The notes: a model not told the origin generated them from the letters alone. Positions 1 through 7,560 are shown, numbered from the stretch's first letter. The stretch is 10,344 nucleotides of DNA from Candidatus Bipolaricaulia bacterium (GCA_042219045.1 JBDGQO010000052.1:1-10344), one strand, 5' to 3'. Translations and numbers: made by a program.

Positions 1-2456
1 TCAAACCCTTTGTCGGTCTCCCCGAGTTGGAAGTAGATCTCGGCGACGATGGAGGCCAATCCGATCTGCTCCTTGCGCTTAAGCAGCTGGTCGAGAACGT
101 CTTGTGCCTTGTCCCGTTGCCCCAACTGGGCGTAGATGAGACCTCGGGTACCGATCAACGTGACTTTGAGGCCGAATGACTGAGTATTTGCGCTCTCCCC
201 TGTGCTGTTGAGCAGATCCTCGGCCTTCGCGAGGTGATCCAAGGCTGCGCTTTGCTTATCGCCGGCTTTCATCTGCTTTTGAGCGAGATAGATGTGAGCT
301 GTCGCTTTCCGGAGTGGGGATTCCGCATCGTCTCTCAGGACCTCAGTCAGCATCGTGGCCAACCTATCGTAGTCGCGTTCGCCGTAGAGCAAGTGGATGG
401 CTCGCCAAATGAGATCGAGGACCGCCAGACGCTTCTCGAACGCAGCAGGCACTTGGTATTCTTGCGCGAGCCCGATGTGACGGATACTAGCGTCTAATTG
501 ACCTATGATACCGAGAAAGGTGCTGTAGTTCAGGTGGGCCTGGGCTTTCCAGATAGAGCTTGCCTTGAGATCGAGCGCTTTGACATACTGTTGTTGCGCT
601 TGGCCCCATTGCCAGTTGGCCATCAACGTCTGTGCATAGTTGAGTCGCGTTCGCACGTCATCGGGGCGTTGTTCCACCTGCGTCTTGAGCTTGGATTGGG
701 CGGCGGTGTAGTTCTGTTGCTCGGCATCCAGCTTTGCCAAGGAGAGACGAGCGCCGGTGAACTCGGGATCGATCTCCAAGGCTTGGTGATAAAGCTCCCG
801 TGCGCGCTCGTTATTGCCGCGTTGCGCATGCATCCTGCCCAAGTTGGACAGAATGATCGGGGAGAGCGGGTCGAGTTGGGCAGCGCGTTTGGCCTGTTCA
901 AACGCCTGGGTCGAACGGTCCGTTTTCTCTAGCAGAATCGAGTACCAATGATGGGCGGTGGCGTAGTTCGGGTTCAACTCTAACGCCATGCGGAAGTGGC
1001 GCTCCGCCTCCTCGAGATCCTGTTTCGACTCGTAGTTCGTCAAGACCATCGCCAACGACGTGTGCGCCGCCGCCAAATCGGTGTTCAGTTCCAAGGCTTG
1101 ACGGGCTGCGCTTAAGGCCTTGGGATAAGCCTCCTTGGGCAGCATGTGACCGTAGCTGGCTATCAGGCTGTATGCATCGGCCAGGCCTGCATGGGCGCGC
1201 GCGTAGTCGGGATCGATCTCCAGAGCCTGTTGGAAATGCTCGATGGCCCGTTGGAAGCCCTCACGGCTCCGCTTGTTCCAGTGGAAGCGTCCTCGGAGAT
1301 AGTGTTCGTAGGCCTCGGGTTTGTCGGTCTGCCGGCCCACGAGCGTGGTGGTCTCGTCGCTGGCGAGACGGACTTGGAGTTGGTCGGCAATGGATCGGGC
1401 GATCTCCTTCTGGATTTCGAAGACGTCGGTCAATTTGCGCTCGTAAGTGTCCGACCAGACGTGGGTGTTCTCGCTGACGTCGATGAGTTGGATCGCGATA
1501 CGCACGCGGTTCTCGGCCCGACGCACGCTGCCATCCAGGACGTAGCCGACTTGGAGGCGCTCGGCGATCTTCGGGATTGACAGCTCCTGTTCGTTGAGGT
1601 TGAACACGGACGTCCGCGAGATCACCTGCAAGCCGTTTACTTGGGCCAGAGCGGTGATGATTTCCTCGGTCATGCCGTCGCTGAAGTAGCGGTTCTCCGC
1701 ATTCGGACCCAAATTATCCAGGGGCAGCACGGCGATCGAAGGGAGATCGGCCAGCGCCCGGTCCGGCGCAGGCTCGCTCTGGGCGGCGCCGGGCGATTCT
1801 CCCTGTTGGGATCCCCCGATGAGCGCGGCTTGGAACCCGTCGTAGACGCCGGTGACAAAGACGAGAGCTGCGATGGCAACGATGGACAGGGCCGCCGTAA
1901 TCGCCGTCCGTCGCAGGCGGCGCTGGCGTACCTGCTGGGGGGAGGGATCAACGGCGTAGACCTCAATCGGCTCGTCGAGGTTCTTCAGCTTTTGGGGACC
2001 GAGCGTGAGGAATCGAGCGTCGACTTGGCGCCGGACTTGCTCGTGGACCGCTCGCGAGACGCAGATGCCTCCCGGCTCGGCCAAGGGCTCGATGCGGGCC
2101 GCTACGTTGACGCCGTTGCCGAAGACGTCGCCGTCTTGGGCCACGACGTCGCCGAGATGGAGGCCGATGCGAATTTGGAACTGTCGATCCGAAGGGGCCG
2201 ACTCGTTGCGCTCGGCCAAGCGTTGCTGGATCGCCATAGCGGCGTTGAGCGCTTGCAGGGCGCTGTCAAACTCCACGAGGAAGCCGTCGCCCGTCGACTT
2301 GATCAGGGTGCCGTCGTGCTCGTCGAGGCAACCTTCGACGAGCTCGCGCTGGCGCTCTAGCAGGTCGAGCGCGAGGGCCTCATTGCTTTCGGCAAGGGCG
2401 CTGTAACCGACGATGTCGGTGAACATGATGGCCGCGAGCCGGCGGTCCTCAGCCAT
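1..2456 (-). CDS. Class III adenylate/guanylate cyclase with a TM helix, TolB-like domain and TPR repeats (3' end truncated by the window edge; at least 818 codons)
   Basis: Hand translation from ATG at 2456, preceded by the purine-rich RBS GAAAGGACGGGGGACA, finds no stop before position 1. It reads MAEDRRLAAIMFTDIVGYS...LIKSTGDGFLVEF...RIGLHLGDVV...GDVFGNGVNVAARIE...GGICVS (cyclase motifs). Next come RQRRLRR plus hydrophobic TAITAALSIVAIAALVFVTGVY, then SIAVLPLDNL...YFSDGMTEEIITAL...VISRTS...VLDGSVRR (TolB-like), then TPRs (AIEHFQQALEIDPDYARAHAGLA; ALELNPNYATAHHWYS; AAQLDPLSPII; ALEIDPEF). The + strand ORFs at 234, 498, 1146 and 1641 share its codon register and are antisense shadows. Confidence 0.93.
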   Translation of the reverse strand, partial: MAEDRRLAAIMFTDIVGYSALAESNEALALDLLERQRELVEGCLDEHDGTLIKSTGDGFLVEFDSALQALNAAMAIQQRLAERNESAPSDRQFQIRIGLHLGDVVAQDGDVFGNGVNVAARIEPLAEPGGICVSRAVHEQVRRQVDARFLTLGPQKLKNLDEPIEVYAVDPSPQQVRQRRLRRTAITAALSIVAIAALVFVTGVYDGFQAALIGGSQQGESPGAAQSEPAPDRALADLPSIAVLPLDNLGPNAENRYFSDGMTEEIITALAQVNGLQVISRTSVFNLNEQELSIPKIAERLQVGYVLDGSVRRAENRVRIAIQLIDVSENTHVWSDTYERKLTDVFEIQKEIARSIADQLQVRLASDETTTLVGRQTDKPEAYEHYLRGRFHWNKRSREGFQRAIEHFQQALEIDPDYARAHAGLADAYSLIASYGHMLPKEAYPKALSAARQALELNTDLAAAHTSLAMVLTNYESKQDLEEAERHFRMALELNPNYATAHHWYSILLEKTDRSTQAFEQAKRAAQLDPLSPIILSNLGRMHAQRGNNERARELYHQALEIDPEFTGARLSLAKLDAEQQNYTAAQSKLKTQVEQRPDDVRTRLNYAQTLMANWQWGQAQQQYVKALDLKASSIWKAQAHLNYSTFLGIIGQLDASIRHIGLAQEYQVPAAFEKRLAVLDLIWRAIHLLYGERDYDRLATMLTEVLRDDAESPLRKATAHIYLAQKQMKAGDKQSAALDHLAKAEDLLNSTGESANTQSFGLKVTLIGTRGLIYAQLGQRDKAQDVLDQLLKRKEQIGLASIVAEIYFQLGETDKGF

Positions 2457-2537
2457 TGTCCCCCGTCCTTTCGCTCCGTGCAGATGGTTTGAGACGACTC
2501 TAACGCAACGTCGGGAGCCGGCGACAGCCGCTGAGGA

Positions 2538-2565
2538 ATTTTAACGGGACGCGTTGAATCGACAA
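2538..2565 (-). promoter_or_regulatory. Putative sigma70-type promoter of the cyclase gene
   Basis: The minus strand reads TTGTCG-N16-TAAAAT, with the -10 about 80 nt upstream of the ATG at 2456. It is an AT-rich patch in GC-rich DNA. Confidence 0.5.
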
Positions 2566-2701
2566 GCCAAGGCGTCGCGCGACATGCGGTCCGATGGTCG
2601 GCGTGAGCCGGGCATTCAGGTCGAGTGTACCCCAATGGGCTCGATTGGCCGTTGGCCAACTGGGGCATCGATTCTGGCTGGAGGCGGCGGATGCGGGATC
2701 G

Positions 2702-3127
2702 CTATTCGCTCAGGGCTTGATTGGTCTGGCTGAGCCGGCGGCCGAGTTCGCTGTGCATCGCGAGGGCAATGTCCGGGTGATTGCGGATCAGGCTGCGCAG
2801 GTCCCAGCGGGTGAGGAGCAGACACGTCGTCGCCTCAAGCGCCACGACGTCGGCCGTGCGCTTGGCGTCCTCCAACAGCAGCGCCATCTCGCCGAAATAG
2901 TCGCCGCGTTGCAGCGTGGCCAGGCGCTTGTCCTGCTTGCGGACCTCGACGCTGCCGTCCAGGATCAGATAGAAGCCGACGCCCTCTTGGCCCTCCTGGA
3001 CGATTACTTCGTCGGTCTCGAATTGCCGCTGCTTGGCCGTTTTCGCCATGGCGTCGACCTGGTCGTCGGAGAGATTGGCAAACAATGGCGTCTGTTTCAG
3101 AAACGTTGTGGCGTCGGTTGCGGCCAT
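2702..3127 (-). CDS. Stand-alone cyclic nucleotide-binding domain protein (141 aa, no HTH)
   Basis: [12 protein letters not shown]-helix, [22 protein letters not shown] beta strands and phosphate-binding cassette [10 protein letters not shown]...RTADVVA. The protein ends right after the C-helix (ELGRRLS). RBS GAAAGGGGCG lies upstream. Confidence 0.93.
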   Translation of the reverse strand: MAATDATTFLKQTPLFANLSDDQVDAMAKTAKQRQFETDEVIVQEGQEGVGFYLILDGSVEVRKQDKRLATLQRGDYFGEMALLLEDAKRTADVVALEATTCLLLTRWDLRSLIRNHPDIALAMHSELGRRLSQTNQALSE

Positions 3128-3389
3128 GTGCCTCGCCCCTTTCCCACGAATCTCATGGATCCTCCGGAGGGTACCGCATGGCCGGAACCGCAGGCAACTC
3201 CGAACGCCACCCCAAGAGCCGGGAACACGAGCCCCCAGCGAGGCGACGGGCCCGACAAGGTCAAGCTCGCGGGCACTCCCGATAGCTCACGCACACGATC
3301 GGAATCCCGGTCTGGTTACGGCCCCCATCAAGTGCGGCGGGTCGGATGCCTGTCTCGGTCAACGAGGATCGTGGCGCTGTCCAACGGAT

Positions 3390-3418
3390 TTGAGTCGGCC
3401 CCGATGCTCGTCTATAAT
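3390..3418 (+). promoter_or_regulatory. sigma70-type promoter of hppA
   Basis: TTGAGT (3390-3395), 17-bp spacer, perfect TATAAT (3413-3418), about 80 nt upstream of ATG 3501. Confidence 0.72.
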
Positions 3419-3500
3419 CACGTGGAATCTCAAGCTCATTCCTCGTCAACTTCAATATCCAGCAGAGCATGCCACCGCTCTGGTATGGGGAGGGTCAGTG

Positions 3501-5579
3501 ATGGAGAACTCGCAGCTCGTGACGTGGCTGGCCGTGGGGGCGGGCTTAGCCGCGTTGGCCTACGGCATTGTGTTATCGATCTACGTCCTGCGCCTGCCGA
3601 GAGGGTCGGAGAAGATGGCGGACATCGCCTCGGCCATTCAGGAGGGCGCCTCCGCCTACCTGAACCGCCAATACTTGATCATCGGCATCGTGGCAATCGT
3701 CATCTTCGCCATCGTCTGGCTCGTGCTCAATCTGATGACGGCGATCGGCTTCCTCGTGGGCGCTGTCACCTCCGCCCTGGCCGGCTACATCGGCATGTAC
3801 GTGGCGGTCCGGACCAACGTCCGCACGGCGGAGGCCGCCAAGACGAACTTGAGCGGCGCGCTGTCGGTCGCGTTCAAGGGCGGAGCCGTGACGGGGCTTC
3901 TCGTCGTCGGACTGGCGTTGTTGGCCATTGCGGTCTTGTACGGCCTCCTCGGGCAGTTCGGCGGGTTTGACGACACCGAGCTCATCAAGGACGCCATCGA
4001 CGCACTCGTTGGCCTCGGGTTCGGCGGCTCGCTCATCAGCGTCTTTGCCCGGCTGGGCGGCGGCATCTACACCAAGGGCGCGGACGCAGGCGCCGACTTG
4101 GTCGGCAAGGTTGAGGCGGGCATTCCGGAGGACGACCCGCGCAACCCAGCGGTCATCGCCGACAACGTCGGCGACAACGTCGGCGACGACGCGGGCATGG
4201 CCGCCGACCTGTACGAGACGTATGCCGTTACGGTCGTGGCCGCGATGCTGCTCGGGTTTCTTGAGCTGCGCGAGGCCGTGGAAGCCGGCACGCTCTCCAT
4301 CGCCGACTTCAGCAGCGCGGCCGTCTACCCGTTGTTGTTGGGCGCCATTTCCATCGTCAGCTCCATCATCGGCACGTTCTTTGTCCGCCTGAGCGAGGGC
4401 GGCAGCGTCATGGCCGCGCTCTATCGCGGCCTCGGCATTTCCGCCGTGCTCTCGATGATCGCGTTCTACCCGGCAAGCGTCTGGCTCATGAGCGGGCTGC
4501 CCGAGTTCACCCCGTTGAACCTTTGGGCGTGTGCGTTGATCGGCGTGCTCGTCACTGTCGGCTTTTTCATCATCACGGATCTCTACACGTCCGAGCGCTT
4601 CGCGGCGGTCAAGCGGATCGCCTCGGCCTCCGAGACGGGCTACGCCACCAACATCATCGCCGGCTTGGCCGTCGGCCTACAGTCGACGTTCCTGCCCATC
4701 CTTCTGGTGGCCGCGGCCATTCTGGGGGCGTTCGCCCTCGCCGGCCTCTACGGCATCGCCATCGCCGTGGTGGCCATGCTGTCCATGACCGGGATCGTCG
4801 TGGCGCTCGACGCCTACGGGCCGATCACGGACAACGCCGGAGGCATCGCGGAAATGGCCGAACTGTCCGAAGAAGTCCGCGATCGCACGGACCCACTCGA
4901 CGCCGTCGGCAACACCACCAAGGCCGTCACCAAGGGCTACGCCATCGGATCCGCCGGCTTGGCGGCGTTGGTGCTGTTCTCCGCGTACGCGATCGAACTG
5001 GAAGATCTGTTGGGCGCCACTGTCGAGTTCATGCTCTCCGATCCCTACGTCATCGTCGGGCTGTTCATCGGCGGCGCGCTCCCGTATCTGTTCGGGTCAT
5101 TGGCGATGGATGCCGTCCAGACCGCCGCCAGTTCCGTCATCGAGGAAGTTCGTCGCCAATTCCAAGAGATCCCGGGGATTCTGGAGGGAACCGACCGGCC
5201 GGAGTACGCCCGCTGCGTCCGGCTCGTCACGGCCACGGCGCAGCGGACGATGGTCGTGCCCGCGCTCATTCCCGTGCTGGCGCCCGTGCTCGTCGGCCTG
5301 CTCTTGGGGCCCAAGGCCCTGGGCGGACTGCTGGTCGGCTCGATCGTGACGGGGCTGTTCGTTGCGATCTCCATGACCACCGGCGGCGCGGCCTGGGACA
5401 ACGCCAAGAAGTACATTGAGGACGGCCGCCATGGCGGCAAGGGCTCCGACGCGCACAAAGCTGCCGTCACGGGCGACACCGTCGGCGACCCCTACAAGGA
5501 CACCGCCGGCCCGGCCATCAACCCCATGATCAAGGTGCTCAACGTCGTCGCGCTGCTGTTGGTGCCGTTGTTGGGTTGA
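3501..5579 (+). CDS. hppA: Membrane-bound H+-translocating pyrophosphatase, K+-independent type (692 aa)
   Basis: Motifs [85 protein letters not shown] and [14 protein letters not shown], plus many TM helices. The start is placed at ATG 3501 (RBS GGGGAGGG just upstream; promoter at 3390-3418) rather than the ORF-track 3033. Confidence 0.96.
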   Translation: MENSQLVTWLAVGAGLAALAYGIVLSIYVLRLPRGSEKMADIASAIQEGASAYLNRQYLIIGIVAIVIFAIVWLVLNLMTAIGFLVGAVTSALAGYIGMYVAVRTNVRTAEAAKTNLSGALSVAFKGGAVTGLLVVGLALLAIAVLYGLLGQFGGFDDTELIKDAIDALVGLGFGGSLISVFARLGGGIYTKGADAGADLVGKVEAGIPEDDPRNPAVIADNVGDNVGDDAGMAADLYETYAVTVVAAMLLGFLELREAVEAGTLSIADFSSAAVYPLLLGAISIVSSIIGTFFVRLSEGGSVMAALYRGLGISAVLSMIAFYPASVWLMSGLPEFTPLNLWACALIGVLVTVGFFIITDLYTSERFAAVKRIASASETGYATNIIAGLAVGLQSTFLPILLVAAAILGAFALAGLYGIAIAVVAMLSMTGIVVALDAYGPITDNAGGIAEMAELSEEVRDRTDPLDAVGNTTKAVTKGYAIGSAGLAALVLFSAYAIELEDLLGATVEFMLSDPYVIVGLFIGGALPYLFGSLAMDAVQTAASSVIEEVRRQFQEIPGILEGTDRPEYARCVRLVTATAQRTMVVPALIPVLAPVLVGLLLGPKALGGLLVGSIVTGLFVAISMTTGGAAWDNAKKYIEDGRHGGKGSDAHKAAVTGDTVGDPYKDTAGPAINPMIKVLNVVALLLVPLLG

Positions 5580-5607
5580 TCCTGTCGTTTCATGAAGAAA
5601 GGGGCGC

Positions 5608-6582
5608 ATGACCCCCACTCAAACCGACCCGAGCGTCGCGATGCCGACGGAGACGCCGTCCACCCTGTTGCGCGTGGACGGCGTCTCGAAGGCCTTCGAT
5701 CGCGTCAAGGCCGTCTCCGAGGTCTCCTTGCAGGTCCAACAAGGCGAGATCTTCGGGCTGCTGGGCCCGAACGGGGCGGGCAAGACGACGCTGATCCGCA
5801 TGCTGCTCGGCATCTTCCGGCCCGACAAGGGAACGATTCGGGTGGACATCGACGGCGCAGACCAGGTGCTGCGCCCCGAGATCGTCGGCTATCTTCCCGA
5901 GGAGCGCGGGCTCTACGAGGACCGCCGTGTCGACGAGACGCTCTATTACTTTGCCACGCTCCACGACATGCCGGCCGACCGAGCTCGGGAACGCGCGCTC
6001 TACTGGCTCGATCGGCTGGACCTGAGCGATCAGTTCCACAGCCCCCTCAAGGAACTGTCGAAAGGGATGCAGCAGAAGGTCCAGTTCATCGTCGCCGTGC
6101 TGCACGATCCCGAGTTGGTGGTTCTCGACGAGCCGTTCTCGGGGCTCGACCCGCCGAGCCAGGATCTCTTCCAGGAGCTCATTCAGGAGCTGAGCGACCA
6201 AGGCATGACGGTGTTGCTCTCCTCGCATCAGATGAACTTCGTGGAGAGCCTCTGTGACCGCGTCTTCGTCATTCACCGCGGCGAACAAGTGCTCTACGGC
6301 GACCTCGCCCAGATCAAGCGCGAGCGTGGGGAGGACTTCGTGCGGCTGCGCTATGGCGAGGGCGACGCGTTGGAACTCGAGACGTGGCTGCACAACGAAG
6401 GCCATGCCCGAATTGTCAAATTCGATCGAGGCCGAGTCGAGCTGGTGCTGCCCAAGGGCGTCTCGCCCAATGCGCTGCTGCGGGGCCTGATCGAGCGGGT
6501 CGAGATCGAGGAACTGACCGTGGCGAAGCCGTCGTTGCATCGGATCTTCGTCGACATCGTCGGCCAGGAGGTCGAGTCGTGA
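5608..6582 (+). CDS. ABC transporter ATP-binding protein, YhaQ/NatA-like exporter ATPase with a C-terminal accessory (DUF4162-like) domain
   Basis: Walker A GPNGAGKTT, GYLPEERGLY, signature LSKGMQQK, Walker B VVLDEPFSGLDP, H-loop SSHQM and C-terminal PSLHRIFV. RBS AAGAAAGGGG. Confidence 0.94.
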   Translation: MTPTQTDPSVAMPTETPSTLLRVDGVSKAFDRVKAVSEVSLQVQQGEIFGLLGPNGAGKTTLIRMLLGIFRPDKGTIRVDIDGADQVLRPEIVGYLPEERGLYEDRRVDETLYYFATLHDMPADRARERALYWLDRLDLSDQFHSPLKELSKGMQQKVQFIVAVLHDPELVVLDEPFSGLDPPSQDLFQELIQELSDQGMTVLLSSHQMNFVESLCDRVFVIHRGEQVLYGDLAQIKRERGEDFVRLRYGEGDALELETWLHNEGHARIVKFDRGRVELVLPKGVSPNALLRGLIERVEIEELTVAKPSLHRIFVDIVGQEVES

Positions 6583-7514
6583 GGCGCGCGCTGCAGGTCG
6601 CGCGCTGGGAGTTCGTCGGCACCCTGGCCAACCGCCAGTTCGTCGTCTTCACCACGTTGATTCCGCTGTTGCTGCTCGGGTTCGGGTTCGTCGTCTCGCT
6701 GATCGGGACCTCGGGCGTGCGCGAGTCCTTGGCCGGGCTCGACCCGGATCAACTTCGTCAACAGTTCGAACAATCCGCCGCTGCTGGGCAGGAACCGCTC
6801 ATTTCCATCTTCGTGGCCGTGTTTCTCGCGTTCATCTTCCTCTTTGTCGTGCTCTTTTCGGGCACGTTCGTGCTGCAGAACATCGTCCGCGAAAAGCAGA
6901 ACCGGGCCATCGAGCTGTTGTTGGCTGCCGTCTCGCCGCGTCAGCTGATCGCGGGCAAGATCATGGCATTCGGCGGCATCGGCCTGGTTCAGGCCGTCAT
7001 CTGGGTTGCCGTCGGATTGGCGCTCTTCGTCGTTGTGGGGCCGTACCTCGGCGTGCCCGTCTGGCCCCTGTTGAGCCTTGCGGCAGCGTTCATGCCTTGG
7101 GCCAAGGTCGCGCTCTTTCTGGCCTTTTTCGCGTTGGGGTATCTGTTTATCGCGTCGCTGTCGGCCGGCATGGGCTCGACGATGAACGACGTCTTCAGCG
7201 GGCAGCAGCTGCAGGGGCTGATCGTGACGTTTCCCGTGATGTTGCCGCTGTTGGTGGCCACGGTCCTGTTGCAGGACGTCATGGGCACGCTCGCTCGGGT
7301 ATTGAGCGTGATTCCGCCGACGATTCCGGGCACGATGATGCTTCGGGTCGCCATTGCCGATCTGCCCTGGTGGGAGGTCGCGCTCAGCCTGGCCGTGCTG
7401 GCGGGCAGCACGCTGTTGATGATGCGCCTGGCGGGCAAGATCTTTGAAGTCGGCATGCTGATGTACGGCAAGACGGCCAACATGGGCGAGATTTGGCGCT
7501 GGATGCGCAGCTGA
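6579..7514 (+). CDS. ABC-2 type transporter permease, YhaP/NatB-like (311 aa)
   Basis: GTG at 6579 overlaps the ATPase TGA (GTGA) and follows RBS CAGGAGG. It reads MRRALQVARWEF, with the conserved IVREKQNRAIELLLAAVSPRQLIAGKI and C-terminal AGKIFEVGMLMYGK...EIWRWMR, and several TM segments. The ORF-track start 6384 lies inside the ATPase and is rejected. Confidence 0.9.
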   Translation: MRRALQVARWEFVGTLANRQFVVFTTLIPLLLLGFGFVVSLIGTSGVRESLAGLDPDQLRQQFEQSAAAGQEPLISIFVAVFLAFIFLFVVLFSGTFVLQNIVREKQNRAIELLLAAVSPRQLIAGKIMAFGGIGLVQAVIWVAVGLALFVVVGPYLGVPVWPLLSLAAAFMPWAKVALFLAFFALGYLFIASLSAGMGSTMNDVFSGQQLQGLIVTFPVMLPLLVATVLLQDVMGTLARVLSVIPPTIPGTMMLRVAIADLPWWEVALSLAVLAGSTLLMMRLAGKIFEVGMLMYGKTANMGEIWRWMRS

Positions 7515-7516
7515 CG

Positions 7517-7536
7517 GTCGTTGCATGTCGTTGAAT
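7517..7536 (+). repeat. 10-bp tandem direct repeat GTCGTTGCAT/GTCGTTGAAT in the mntR upstream region
   Basis: Two adjacent units identical at 9 of 10 positions, read directly from the sequence. The second unit contains the candidate -35. Confidence 0.6.
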
Positions 7537-7560
7537 CGACGAAATATCCGGCGCTACATT
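7531..7560 (+). promoter_or_regulatory. Putative sigma70-type promoter of mntR
   Basis: TTGAAT-N18-TACATT in the gap between the permease stop and the mntR start. Confidence 0.45.

Noticed and set aside
234..2360. Plus-strand ORFs 234-497, 498-932, 1146-1580 and 1641-2360, and other short ORFs here
   Set aside because: They are antisense or off-frame shadows of the minus-strand cyclase gene and show no motifs.
1..3127. Pycsar/CBASS-like anti-phage system (cyclase plus CNB protein)
   Set aside because: The cyclase has adenine-specifying residues and the common TolB-TPR architecture. The CNB protein lacks a TIR or TM effector domain, and the neighbourhood is housekeeping rather than a defence island.
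3033..3500. 156-aa N-terminal extension of HppA in the ORF track
   Set aside because: It overlaps the CNB gene and spans a near-consensus promoter. The RBS and family-like N-terminus support ATG 3501.
2594..3970. 458-aa plus-strand ORF
   Set aside because: It is antisense to the CNB gene, crosses the promoter region and is off-frame in hppA. The composition is low-complexity and Arg-rich, a high-GC artefact.
4161..4190. Tandem repeat GACAACGTCGGC x2
   Set aside because: It encodes the conserved DNVGDNVGD PPase motif and is not an independent repeat element.
5597..5606. GAAAGGGGCG shared upstream of the ABC ATPase and the CNB gene
   Set aside because: It is explained as a Shine-Dalgarno variant at RBS distance from both starts.
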